A stretch of DNA of 64,000 nt. Source: an uncultured Spirochaetota bacterium. GTDB lineage: Bacteria > Spirochaetota > UBA4802 > UBA5550. This document shows positions 29,031 through 40,892 of the stretch, in pieces. The stretch's first letter is position 1. Each line of letters begins with the position of its first letter. The DNA is taken from contig CAWHAA010000001.1 of NCBI GenBank assembly GCA_963827275.1, forward strand, positions 128,001 through 192,000, written 5' to 3'. Below the pieces are notes generated by a model. That model did no database searches, had not been told where the DNA came from, and worked only from the letters and a program-made list of their open reading frames with translations. A program made the position numbers and the translations under genes.

Positions 29031-31010
29031 CTATACACCCAGTTCATTCAGTACTTTCAGGTATAAATCAAAATAATCAGAACTTGCGAATTTTTTTATG
29101 GTTTCTTCCGGCAGTTTTTCGAACAACCCGTCAAGGTATTTCAAAAGCATCTTGATGTTCATCTGCTTGCCCTCGGGGAACCCGCTGATAAACCGCTCGA
29201 CATCGGCCTTGTCTTCGAGAATTACCACGCGGTCCGTGATATCGAACATGCTCTCCGGGGCCGTCTCTTTTTCAAGCTGACCGCCCCGCATTTCCTCGTG
29301 ACTGCCGTCAACAACAGCTGCGACCTGTCCGGCGTCCGGGGGAGGAAGCTCCGCCGCGCGTTCAGCGTTCATGGCCCTTTCAAACATTGCGGCAATTTCA
29401 GCGTCCGATTTTCCCGTGCGACGCTTCAGCTGCGCCCTGATTTCCTCCACGTCCTCTTCGAATATCAGCGCGCTTCCGGCGGAAATATCGCTTTCAATCG
29501 AATCACGCTCCATGTCCCTGATGCTGTTTTCAGCGGGGAGCAGGTACCGGCAGCTCTTGCTGCCTTTTGCACGCTCCTCCATGGACCCCCGGTCAAATTC
29601 ATACATCTGGTAGCGGTCGTAAAGATGGATATCCTTGAACTCCGCCTTAAACAGAAGGTCTTCTATCGTATCGAACTCATCGGCGGTCATCCCGAGGAGT
29701 TCCACCCTCGCGGGGACCGTGCGGCCGCCCTTCGTGCCGAAGAATTCATCAATCTCCCTGATGTAATCCCCGTAGTCCTCTTCTGCGATGGCGGTATGGA
29801 TATAATCGAGCTCCTCGTCGCCGTATTTATAATCGAGATCAACGAATAATTCTTCATCGACCTGCGCCAGATCATCCGTGAGCACCGCTATCCGCTCGCG
29901 GTCCTCTTCGACGTCAGCCTCTCCGAGCACGTATGCGGGCCCTTCGTCAAAGCGTACGATCCCTGATATTATCCTGTCCAGCTCTCCGTCATCCGCAACG
30001 CCTGTCGTATCACCTTCAGCTGCGCCGGTCCGGTCATCAACAAAGACCACGGTGCCGGCTTCACCCTGCGGCGCGCGGGCAGCTCCTTGATGTATGATCG
30101 GCCCGGTCCCGTCATCCGGCGCTTCAGGCCCAAGCGGCCTGCGGGCCGCAGGAGCCGCACCGGCCGATGGCGCGCCGTCAGCTTCCGGGCGCTCAGCCGG
30201 GGCCATCTTTTTCCCGCCGGTCTCCCGGAGCGGCCCCGGTCGTTCGGTAAGCTCTTCCCTGGAAATGACCACTTCGTCATCATCCTGTTGCGTCCCGGAC
30301 ACATCGTCAGCGGGGGTTTCCCGCATTGGCTCACGGGCATCTACCGCTGCGTGCCCCGCGGCCTGCTTCTCCTCACCCGCCTTTTTCGACACACCGGCCG
30401 AATCGATTTCCTCATCCGGCATGTCCCAGATGACATATTCATCATCGCGTTCCACATACCCTTCACGCGACGCAGTTTTTTCCTGGTCGAGCGCCTGTTG
30501 CGGTGTTTCACCGCCATCACCGATTGCTTCCCGGCTTGCTATAACGCCGCGCTTCGCATCATCTCCGTAGCCGGGAGCGCGACTGTCAGCCTGGACCCCG
30601 GCGCCCTGCCTGGCTTCCTCTGCCGGTGAGCTCCCTGGAATTTTCCGATCCCTGTCCGATGCGAGTTCATTCGTCCCCGCATGGGGCCCGGGTATATCAC
30701 GAAACGTTCTTTCGCGCACCTTCCCCCAATCACCGATGCTCGATTTGTCGCCGTCATCCGCATCACCGGGCATAGCAGGACCAGGGGTTTTTTCCGGTAT
30801 CAGTTCAAAGTCCTCAAGCCCCTCGATGATCTCATTTTCATTGATAAAAAGAATATCCTCGCTGGCTATAGATTCAGCTTCCCGCAGGTCGATCTTCCCT
30901 ATTTCATCGATATTGAAATCCCTGGGCAGTTTCTTCTTAACGCTCTCCGGCAGTTCGATTACAATACCGCCGGTTGTAGCGCCTGGATCATGTTGGGTGC
31001 CTTTAAGCAT
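29031..31010 (-). CDS. Large acidic, low-complexity hypothetical protein
   Basis: Long ORF rich in D/E; conserved-looking C-terminal helix (YLDGLFEKLPEE...YLKVLNELGV). Confidence 0.7.
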   Translation of the reverse strand: MLKGTQHDPGATTGGIVIELPESVKKKLPRDFNIDEIGKIDLREAESIASEDILFINENEIIEGLEDFELIPEKTPGPAMPGDADDGDKSSIGDWGKVRERTFRDIPGPHAGTNELASDRDRKIPGSSPAEEARQGAGVQADSRAPGYGDDAKRGVIASREAIGDGGETPQQALDQEKTASREGYVERDDEYVIWDMPDEEIDSAGVSKKAGEEKQAAGHAAVDAREPMRETPADDVSGTQQDDDEVVISREELTERPGPLRETGGKKMAPAERPEADGAPSAGAAPAARRPLGPEAPDDGTGPIIHQGAARAPQGEAGTVVFVDDRTGAAEGDTTGVADDGELDRIISGIVRFDEGPAYVLGEADVEEDRERIAVLTDDLAQVDEELFVDLDYKYGDEELDYIHTAIAEEDYGDYIREIDEFFGTKGGRTVPARVELLGMTADEFDTIEDLLFKAEFKDIHLYDRYQMYEFDRGSMEERAKGSKSCRYLLPAENSIRDMERDSIESDISAGSALIFEEDVEEIRAQLKRRTGKSDAEIAAMFERAMNAERAAELPPPDAGQVAAVVDGSHEEMRGGQLEKETAPESMFDITDRVVILEDKADVERFISGFPEGKQMNIKMLLKYLDGLFEKLPEETIKKFASSDYFDLYLKVLNELGV

Positions 31011-31172
31011 AGTTATCAGCTTCTCACGCTCGATAGTTCATTAAATTTAGAGACATAATTGATACAGCCCACGGGAATATACTAAAACGGAATTCCCTAC
31101 ATATAATATCGAAAAAACAATAAAATAAATCAAGATTTTTAATTCCGGCGGGCTTTCCAGGGGGTTCAAAGC

Positions 31173-31201
31173 AAAAAGGATGGCTTTTCAGCCATCCTTT
31201 T
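31173..31201. terminator. Intrinsic terminator of the atp operon (bidirectional shape)
   Basis: AAAAA-GGATGGCT-TTTC-AGCCATCC-TTTT. Confidence 0.85.
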
Positions 31202-31238
31202 AAGTGAAACTATATGGTAAATGTAATCAAATCTGTAC

Positions 31239-31643
31239 TTATCTGCTTGCGACCTTTATCCGGGCCTTGATCTTCTTCTCGTCGATCTGGAACCTCATCC
31301 ATTCAGGAGAGAATGCCTTTATTTCTCTCTCTTTCTGCTCCTGCAGGTCTTTCAGTTTTACTTCAAGATCCTGCTTGTTGAGCTCATCCTTCGCACACGC
31401 TGTTTCAGCAAGGATGATGAGCTTGTTGTCCCGGATCTCGACGACCCCGCCCTCGACAACGAAGAATTTTGTATCTTTGCCGTCCTGCAGCCGTATCTCG
31501 CCGATTCCGAGTTCTGAGATAAGCGGAGCGTGATCAACAAGGAAACCCATCTCTCCGTTATGAGCCTGTACTACAGCGAAGGCTATGTCACCCTCGAATA
31601 TGTAGCGATCCGGCGTTAATATGCTGCATTTTATTTTCTTCAT
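31239..31643 (-). CDS. atpC: F1 ATP synthase epsilon subunit
   Basis: GEMGFLVDHAPLIS, VEGGVVEI; operon position. Confidence 0.93.
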   Translation of the reverse strand: MKKIKCSILTPDRYIFEGDIAFAVVQAHNGEMGFLVDHAPLISELGIGEIRLQDGKDTKFFVVEGGVVEIRDNKLIILAETACAKDELNKQDLEVKLKDLQEQKEREIKAFSPEWMRFQIDEKKIKARIKVASR

Positions 31644-31649
31644 CTGGTA

Positions 31650-33078
<1,429 letters not shown>

Positions 33079-33106
33079 TTATGGTTTGAATCATTTAACA
33101 AAAATT

Positions 33107-33988
33107 CTACTTTAGAGCTGCCGCACCGCCGACTATCTCCGAAATCTCTTTCGTGATCTTGGCCTGGCGGACCCTGTTATATGTTATCGTAAGTTCTCTA
33201 ATCATCTCGGACGACGCGTCGCTTGCGTTCTTCATGGCGACCCGGCGGGCGAATTGCTCAGAAAACGATGATTCGAGGAAGCAGGTATAAATCTGCACCT
33301 TCAGATACAGCTGTATAAGGTACGCAAAGATCCTCGACGGATTCGGCTCAAAGTAAAATTCGAGCTGTGCTCCCGGGTACATGTCCTTGATCTCCTCCTC
33401 TTCGAGAAGGATCGGGAGAAGGCGGATCATGGCCGGCTTCTGAGAAGAAGAAGACATTACCTTCGTGTATGAAATATAAATTTCATGAAATTCGCCGCTC
33501 AGGAAGAGATTTCTCAGCTCCGAGCCTATTCCCGCAGCCTGTTCGAACGTCAGCTTGTCCTCGGGGTTCAGCATCGACTTATACATCGGTTCCTTGATAA
33601 AATTGTAAAAACCGATCCCCTTCTTCCCCACGGCAAAGACCTGCGTATCCCGGTGCTCATCCGCCATCTTCTTCTTGAAGTTCAGGGTCGTCTCGATAAC
33701 ATTCGTGTTGAAGCTGCCGCAAAGACCGCGGTTCCCGGTAATCTGAAGCACGAGAATGCGGGAGGGATCATCAGCTTCCCTGAAATGCGGATCATCAGCT
33801 ACATTAACGCCGGAGTTCACCAGGTTCGCCATGATCTCATTGACCTTCAGTTCATACGGCTTGGACATTTCAAGTCTTCCCTGCATCTTTTTCATCTTTG
33901 CAGTGGAGACCATCTCCATGGTGCTGGTTATCTTCCGGGTGTTACTAACGGACTTGATTCTGTTTTTTATATCCCTTTGAGTAGCCAC
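33107..33988 (-). CDS. atpG: F1 ATP synthase gamma subunit
   Basis: KITSTMEMVS, RGLCGSFN, RQAKITKEISEIVGGA. Confidence 0.96.
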   Translation of the reverse strand: MATQRDIKNRIKSVSNTRKITSTMEMVSTAKMKKMQGRLEMSKPYELKVNEIMANLVNSGVNVADDPHFREADDPSRILVLQITGNRGLCGSFNTNVIETTLNFKKKMADEHRDTQVFAVGKKGIGFYNFIKEPMYKSMLNPEDKLTFEQAAGIGSELRNLFLSGEFHEIYISYTKVMSSSSQKPAMIRLLPILLEEEEIKDMYPGAQLEFYFEPNPSRIFAYLIQLYLKVQIYTCFLESSFSEQFARRVAMKNASDASSEMIRELTITYNRVRQAKITKEISEIVGGAAALK

Positions 33989-34007
33989 AGTATAATCCCT
34001 TAGTTAT

Positions 34008-35527
34008 TTATTTGCTCACTTCAGCAATATACCGATCAACGAATTCCTGTATGGCGCTGCTGAATTTTTCCACATTGTTTAATTGTCCGGTTGCGGATAT
34101 ATCGGACAGAAGGTCTTTATGGGAGCTCTTCATGTACGCGATATACTTGGCCTCAAAATCCTTAACTTTTTCAACAGGCACCTTGTCGAGGAAACCCTGC
34201 GTGGCGGCAAACATAATCGCCACCTGTTCCTCAACCGCCATCGGAACATACTGCCCCTGTTTCAGCACTTCAACGAGCCTGATACCACGGTCGAGCTGTT
34301 TCTGGGTCGCAGCGTCGAGCTCAGTACCCATCTGCGCGAACGCCTGGAGTTCACGGAACTGCGCGAGGTCGAGCCGCAGGGAGCCGGCGTATTTCTTCAT
34401 ACGCCTTGATCTGCGCGTTGCCGCCGACCCGGGATACGGAGATACCGACGTCAACAGCCGGACGGATACCGGACGCGAAGAGGTTCGGCAGGAGGTATAT
34501 CTGACCATCGGTAATCGAGATAACGTTGGTCGGGATGTACGCGGAAACCTCACCTTCCTGCGTTTCAATGATCGGAAGCGCGGTAAGGCTGCCGCCGCCG
34601 AGATCATCGTGAAGCTTTGCCGACCGCTCGAGCAGCCGTGAGTGGCAATAGAAAATATCACCGGGATACGCTTCACGTCCGGGAGGCCTCCGGAGGAGCA
34701 GTGACATTTCGCGGTACGCATTGGCCTGTTTTGTAAGGTCATCATACACGCAGAGCGTATGCCCTTTCTTTTCATACATGAAATATTCCGCCATGGCCGT
34801 TCCGGCATACGGCGCGATATACTGCATCGGCGCCGGGTCTGACGCGTTGGCGGCAACGACGATGGTGTACTCCATGGCGCCGTGCTCTTCAAGCTTTTCA
34901 ACGACCGCGGCAACGGTTGATGCCTTCTGGCCTATTGCGACGTATACGCAAATTACATTTTTACCTTTCTGGTTTATGATCGCATCGAGCGCAATCGCGG
35001 TTTTACCGGTTTTACGGTCGCCGATGATCAGCTCGCGCTGTCCCCGTCCGATCGGAATCATCGAGTCAACGGCCTTTATACCTGTCTGGAGCGGCTCTTT
35101 AACCGGCTGACGGGATGCAATACCGGGAGCGACGAACTCAAGAGGACGATACTTTTTAATATTGATCGGCCCTTTGTTGTCAACCGGCACACCGAGAGGA
35201 GTAACGACCCGTCCGAGCATCTCTTCGCCCACCGGAACCGCGAGAACCCGGTTCAGCCTCTTTACAGAGTCGCCTTCCTGTATCTTGAGGTAATCGCCAA
35301 GGATGGCAGCACCGATGGAGTCTTCTTCAAGGTTAAGAACCATCCCCTGGACGCCATTCTCGAATTCAAGCATCTCGCCGGACATCGCGTTTTCAAGTCC
35401 GTGGATCCTGGCGATACCGTCACCGACCTGAATAACGGTCCCGACTTCGCTCACGTCCAGAGCTGGATTTATATCCTTCAATCTCTTTCTTTATGATAGA
35501 TTTTATTTCTTCAGTTTTAATCTTCAT
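34008..35527 (-). CDS. atpA: F1 ATP synthase alpha subunit (frameshifts near 35462 and 34400)
   Basis: [38 protein letters not shown]; the C-terminal [12 protein letters not shown] lies in another frame. Confidence 0.95.
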
Positions 35528-36088
35528 AGGCCACTTCACTCCTGACTTTGCTATTTAACAGATTATTCTTTATATTTTTAAGATCTTTTGCTAAAGACCC
35601 GTCTATTACAGTGTCACCTACTTTTATAATAATTCCGCCGAGGATATCGGCCTTGTCTCGGTTTTAAGAATGATTTCTTTTTTCAGCTTTTCTTTGAGGC
35701 TGGCCGCCAGCTTTTCCCTCATTGCAGAATCCAGCTCAGCTGGAGTGACAATTGTCACCTTCTGACGGTTATTGAACGTCATCAACCAAGGCCGCAAGGG
35801 CTTCGTATATTTCAACGATGCATGACTGGCGATCGTTATCGATCAGCACCTTTATGAAGTTTACAATGTGTCTCAGACAGGTTGCCCTTGAAGATTTTAT
35901 CGATAAAATCTTTCTTGGTTTCCTTGGCTATGCCCGGGGCCACAAGAAAATGTCTGAAATCTTTATCTTCTTCGACCAGATCGGCAAGAAATCTTATCTC
36001 CTCTTCGAGATCGGGCAGATATTTTCATGCTCTGCCCGATTTCGACCAGAGAGGATGCATATACACGAGCTATATCCTTTGCAGCCAC
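35517..36088 (-). CDS. atpH: ATP synthase delta subunit, several frameshifts
   Basis: IARVYASSL N-terminus, GGIIIKVGDTVIDGS C-terminus; lies between atpF and atpA. Confidence 0.8.
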
Positions 36089-36137
36089 GTTAGTACCCTA
36101 TCCTAAATTTAAATATCAGGACAGTTCAGTATGTATA

Positions 36138-36648
36138 TTACTGAACTGTCCCCATTTTATTCAAAGCTTCTTCAACGAGAGCCTTCTGATCATCCGGTTT
36201 GATATTCTTATTGATGATCTTCGATGCAATTTCCGTCGAGAGCAGAACAACTTCCGTTTTTGATGTCGACAAGCGCCTTGTCTTTCGCGAGATCGATCTC
36301 TTTCTTAGCGCGATCAGCAATCGTTCTCGATTCCGTGGCCGCTTTTTCAACGATCTCGTTCTTGATCTTTTCGGCCTCTTCCCTGCCCTTGGCAATGATC
36401 TGTGACGCCTCGTTGCGGGCGTTGTCCATCATTGCCTTGTGCTGGGTCAGAAGCTTATCTGCTTCCTGACGCGTCCGTTCGGCGTTATCAATCTCGAAGC
36501 GAATCTTTTCCGCCCTGGCGTCCAGCGCATCGACAATCGGCCTCCATGCTGCTTTCCATAATATCAGCAGCAGGACGATGAAAGTGATGATCGTCCACAG
36601 CATAAGACCCGGATCGACCCTGAGCAACCCTTCTTTCAAGAATTCCAT
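36138..36648 (-). CDS. atpF: ATP synthase b subunit (frameshift near 36255)
   Basis: PGLMLWTIITF..AWRPI..LDAR..I; C-terminal LSTEIASKII in another frame. Confidence 0.9.
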
Positions 36649-36711
36649 ATTACTTACCTTTCAAAAAGATAAAACTCTTTTACGCCGTACGAATTAAAAA
36701 CGAAAGCTTAC

Positions 36712-37003
36712 TTACTTGACTTCTTCCGCTGCAGCAGGCTTCTTCTGCTTCGACTGCAACCGGTGCTTGCTGTTTCTGAATTGCGAGCATGAAGGTAATA
36801 ACGAGAGCAAAGAACGTGAAACCTTCGATCAGAGCAGCAGCGATGATCATGGCGGTCCTGAGGTCACCGCTCAATTCCGGCTGACGGGCCATCCCTTCGA
36901 TAGCACCTGACGCCAAGCGGCCGATACCCATAGCGGCACCGATAACAACCAGACCAGCGCCCAGACCAGCTCCCAGATACGACAAACCTAAATATTCCAT
37001 CAT
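36712..37003 (-). CDS. atpE: ATP synthase c subunit (probable indel near 36748)
   Basis: GAGL..IG..GIG, ARQPE, LIEG; a shifted frame gives ...KKPAAAEEVK-stop at 36712. Confidence 0.9.
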
Positions 37004-37088
37004 TTCCTCCTAGGTATTGAACTTATTTATCCCTTGTATTTATAAATTAATCCTTTGAATTAATTTATGTGCTTTAGCAATTCTCCCG

Positions 37089-38039
37089 TCAGTGCGCGTG
37101 CATCGAAGATCCGATGAACATCGCCGACAGAGTTGTAAAAATAAACGCCTGGATGAACGCGACCAGCAGTTCAAGCAGGTATATCATGAGCGCCCCGAGT
37201 ATGGAGCCGATACCGACAAAGTAGCTTTGAAACATCATGACAAGAAAGATGAAGATCAGTATGACGACGTGGCCGGCAGTCATGTTTGCAAATAGACGAA
37301 CTGTCAGCGCAAAGGGCTTAATCAGCAGGCCGATCAGCTCGATGGGCCACAGCAGGCAGAGCCCCAGGACAAAGGGAACACCGTGAGGTACGGTCCCCTT
37401 GTAAAACCAGAGGGGGCCCTGTTTGATAACGCCCACCCCGATAATGAGGACCAGCGTGAGTACCGCCAGGCCGCCGGTGACCGCGAGGTTGCCGGTCGCG
37501 GTCGCGAAGCCGGGGATCATGCCAAGGTAATTGCAGAAAAGGACAAAAAAGAAAAGCGTGGTGAAATACGGCATCGCCGTCTTTATATATTTGCCATCGA
37601 AATTCGGCTCTACTATTTCATTGTGGACGGTGGAGACGATCAGCATCTCCCACATGTTCACCCATCTTGATTCGGAGCCCATCTTTTCTTTCTTTATCGT
37701 GAACGCGAGAGGAATAAAAATTGCAAGGCAGCAGAGCATCGCGAGCCACAGCATCATGACCCATTTGGTAATCCTCATGTCAAAGATGCCGAAGAACTTG
37801 TCCTTGAGCACCGTTTCATTCACATGGGCTATCGCGTTATTAATCGATTTCATCTGCGTGGTAATAATATTGTCGTGGGGAGATGCATGGGACGGTTCGA
37901 TAACATGGTCGGTAAGGTGGCTGTTGACCAGCTCTCCGACGCCTTCAACTTCATGATGACCGCCGCCCGGGGCCATGTAGAAAATCAGGAAAAGCAGGTA
38001 AGCGACGATTATGACAGCAAGTGGAATTATCCGTTTCAC
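37089..38039 (-). CDS. atpB: ATP synthase a subunit
   Basis: TATGNL, KPFALTVRLFANMTAGH, ELLVAFIQAFIF. Confidence 0.95.
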   Translation of the reverse strand: MKRIIPLAVIIVAYLLFLIFYMAPGGGHHEVEGVGELVNSHLTDHVIEPSHASPHDNIITTQMKSINNAIAHVNETVLKDKFFGIFDMRITKWVMMLWLAMLCCLAIFIPLAFTIKKEKMGSESRWVNMWEMLIVSTVHNEIVEPNFDGKYIKTAMPYFTTLFFFVLFCNYLGMIPGFATATGNLAVTGGLAVLTLVLIIGVGVIKQGPLWFYKGTVPHGVPFVLGLCLLWPIELIGLLIKPFALTVRLFANMTAGHVVILIFIFLVMMFQSYFVGIGSILGALMIYLLELLVAFIQAFIFTTLSAMFIGSSMHAH

Positions 38040-38190
38040 GGGAAATCTCCTGGATCTTTGTTTACTCTCTATTCTATACCGGCTGCATGCAGGCGATGCC
38101 TTTCACATTCATTTGTTTGCCCCGGCCTGATTGTTTCTCGCTTGTGATATCCATTTAAAAAAACGACCGTTAAAAATCAAGATAAATTCA

Positions 38191-38451
38191 CTACAGCCAT
38201 TTTTTTCTTAATTTATTTTCTTCCTTTTTTTCTTTGGTCTCAATATTCTGCAGCTGCTTGATCAGATGATAAAAACCAATCGCCATCCCAAGGAACGCTC
38301 CGATGATCGTGAAAACCGGCTCCCTTTTGAAATGCTCGTCAAGCTTGCTGCCGCCCAGGATAAAGATCGTCACCGTCGCTGCGAGTTCAAGTCCTATGGT
38401 CGAATAAGTGAATATTGAGCTTGTAGATTTTTTTTTGTCCCACTTATTCAA
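38191..38451 (-). CDS. AtpZ/AtpI-family membrane protein
   Basis: GLELA..G..LD.HF...P.F..IG..LG motif; first gene of the atp operon. Confidence 0.85.
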   Translation of the reverse strand: MNKWDKKKSTSSIFTYSTIGLELAATVTIFILGGSKLDEHFKREPVFTIIGAFLGMAIGFYHLIKQLQNIETKEKKEENKLRKKWL

Positions 38452-38850
38452 TTATAGTATCTGTCCTTTATAGTCTCTGTCCTTCGCAGTGAATAGTAAA
38501 CATCCTCTGTACTCTTGTCAGCATTTTTTTTATTGGGCAATTGTCAAGATTTTTTCACTCTTTTTGATTTGTTTTTACTTCATTATACAAAAAATAACAA
38601 TTTATGGGGATGGTCTTCCCCCGGAGATCGGTGATATCTCCGAATAACAATCACTGCCGGTTAAAATACAGGGGTCACACCCTCCATTGATGCTTTTTAA
38701 TGACTTTTCGACAACAATACGCCGAAAGTCGGTCCGCGAGATGTTAAGCATGTAACCGGACATGACGATAATAAAAAAGTCATAGCAAGACAGGAGAAGG
38801 CGTTCGGGGTGCGAAAGGCATGGCGCCTATGTTTATCCAGAGGACCACAT

Positions 38851-39105
38851 ATGAAGTTATCCATCAAATTGATTCCGAACCATGAAGAAATCATCGCCAA
38901 TTGCCCCGAGCTTGACATTAACTGTTATGGAGCGGACAGATCTGAAGCTATTCGCAGGATAAAAAAGGTGATACACTTTTATGTTGACTCGGCCAAGGAG
39001 TTTGGCCTTGATGTTGAATCGCTCGATGAAATTTCCATTGAGGGCGAATCAGAGCTGGCGCTCAGCGAATCAGAGAACACATCCCCCACGAATACGATAA
39101 ATTGA
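38851..39105 (+). CDS. HicB-like small protein
   Basis: ANCPELDINCYG.DRSEAI..IK HicB-like pattern; GAGG RBS. Confidence 0.6.
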   Translation: MKLSIKLIPNHEEIIANCPELDINCYGADRSEAIRRIKKVIHFYVDSAKEFGLDVESLDEISIEGESELALSESENTSPTNTIN

Positions 39106-39172
39106 TTTCATAAACCAAACAGCGTCCGGGTGTTCTTTATTAGCAGCAATTAATCCTGCATGGCGCATAAAA

Positions 39173-39203
39173 CAAACGGGGCCTTCATTGAAGGCCCCGT
39201 TTG
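39173..39203 (-). terminator. Intrinsic terminator
   Basis: 14-bp stem CAAACGGGGCCTTC/GAAGGCCCCGTTTG with a T-run on the minus strand. Confidence 0.8.
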
Positions 39204-39217
39204 GCAGTACACCCTGT

Positions 39218-40609
39218 TTACTTTCCTTCCAGTTCGGATTCATCTATCTTGAAGCCATTGCTACTGAGCAGTTCCGCTACCCACGTCTTCCTCTTTTCAG
39301 CTTTCCTTGCGTCGTAGAGGCGGTTCTCGATATTTTTTCTCACTTCCTCAAACGGGATGATCCGCTTTACGCTTTTGCCCCCCTCGTTCGAGTTCCTTGT
39401 ATACATGCGGTCCAGGTTCTTGGTATAATAATCCCTGACCTCCAGGGGGGTGACCGTTATGCCCGTCAGCGCGACCTCTGATTCATACGACCCGGCAAGA
39501 TTGTAATCGATGAAATACCCGAGCTCGCTCTTGAATTTTTCTTCCTTGTCAATGCCCCTCCTGATCGCTTCACGCATCATGACCTCTTCTTTGAGGAGCC
39601 TTTTTGCCAGTTCACGCTTCATCCTGTCCTCGATCTGCATCTCGGTGCGGCCCATCTTCTTCCGCTTGCTCAGGATGAAATTCATCAGCCTGTTTAAATC
39701 GGCGACCGCAAACTCCTTCTCCCCCACCTTGAAGAGCGGCGCGGCGGGATTAAACAGCGACGCCGTTTCGATGTTGTTCGTCACGTCCTTGGCCTGGATC
39801 AGGCGCTCCTGGAGTCCCATCGCGGCATTATAGGTAAGCCGGCGCTTCAGTCCCGCCTGCTGCATCTTGTCCTCTATCACGTCCTCGATATTGTCCTCGG
39901 TGAGGTCGGTCACATCTTCCACCATGATGACATACACGCCGTTGCCGAGCCTGACCGGCTCCTTGGTATAAGTCCCTTTTGCCACGGCGAATATGGCGCT
40001 CGAGAATTCTTCCCCGCGCATCCCCTTTATGATATAGCCGATATCGCCGCCCTTCCTCTTTGAAAAATCGTCCGAATTTTTTTTCGCAAGGTCCTCAAAA
40101 GAAGCGCCCTTGTCCAGCTCCGCGATCAGCGCACGGGCCTTTTCCATCTTTTCATTATATGCGACTTCCATTTCTGCGTCGGAAAGCTTTTCGCGCTTGT
40201 TATTCACGATTTTATAGTTTTTCACCGTCAGCTTGATGATCCGGGCCCTGGCCGCCTTCTCGCTGAATTTTCCCTCGCTGCTGATGGCCTTGCCGATGTA
40301 CTGCGCGTAGAAATTTCTCGTCGCGTGGTTTTTCAGGTACACAAAATCCTCGTTTTTGTCAAAGCCGGCCTTTATCGCTTCCCGCACCACGAGCTTTTCG
40401 GTCGCGAAACGCTCAAGGTGGCTTTTCTGCTGGTCTTTTTTCTTGAGAACGGATTCCTTCGCCATCCTCCGGGCTTCCAGCCACTCATAAAATTCGCCCC
40501 TCGTTATCTGCCCGTCCTTGAATGTGACGAGCACATCTCCCGGCCGCTTGCATCCGATCGCGGTCAGCGTCAACAGGAGTCCCAGCGCAAGAATGATACA
40601 TCTTTTCAT
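39218..40609 (-). CDS. PrsA/SurA-like parvulin peptidyl-prolyl isomerase lipoprotein
   Basis: Lipobox TAIGC; FEDLAKKNSDD..KGGDIG; start at the ATG at 40609. Confidence 0.85.
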   Translation of the reverse strand: MKRCIILALGLLLTLTAIGCKRPGDVLVTFKDGQITRGEFYEWLEARRMAKESVLKKKDQQKSHLERFATEKLVVREAIKAGFDKNEDFVYLKNHATRNFYAQYIGKAISSEGKFSEKAARARIIKLTVKNYKIVNNKREKLSDAEMEVAYNEKMEKARALIAELDKGASFEDLAKKNSDDFSKRKGGDIGYIIKGMRGEEFSSAIFAVAKGTYTKEPVRLGNGVYVIMVEDVTDLTEDNIEDVIEDKMQQAGLKRRLTYNAAMGLQERLIQAKDVTNNIETASLFNPAAPLFKVGEKEFAVADLNRLMNFILSKRKKMGRTEMQIEDRMKRELAKRLLKEEVMMREAIRRGIDKEEKFKSELGYFIDYNLAGSYESEVALTGITVTPLEVRDYYTKNLDRMYTRNSNEGGKSVKRIIPFEEVRKNIENRLYDARKAEKRKTWVAELLSSNGFKIDESELEGK

Positions 40610-40892
40610 TAATATGCTCCACATAACTCTTAATTTATATTTGCATCAAATCCTCGGCGCGAAGCGACCCCCTGCATACAAGCCTCTACCCGTGGCCCGC
40701 GGCGCCGGGAAAACAATACAATCATGCAACATGTAGCGATGAAAATCCCGGGAAATACCGGATATCGAATCAATAAGGAAACAGGAAGGGTGCAGTGTTA
40801 CAAAATGTCAAATGAAATTCATGCATCCGGCCCTTTTTAACCGGCAGACCGCCGCTGCCGTCGGGTACGGACCGTTCCTAACGGCGGCGCGC

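Noticed and set aside
31009..31020. CATAGTTATCAG, resembling the repeat core
   Set aside because: Only 10 of 12 positions match, it is not palindromic, and the partner motif is absent.
38671..38683. GGGGTCACACCCT, resembling the repeat arm
   Set aside because: Short partial match with no core palindrome nearby.
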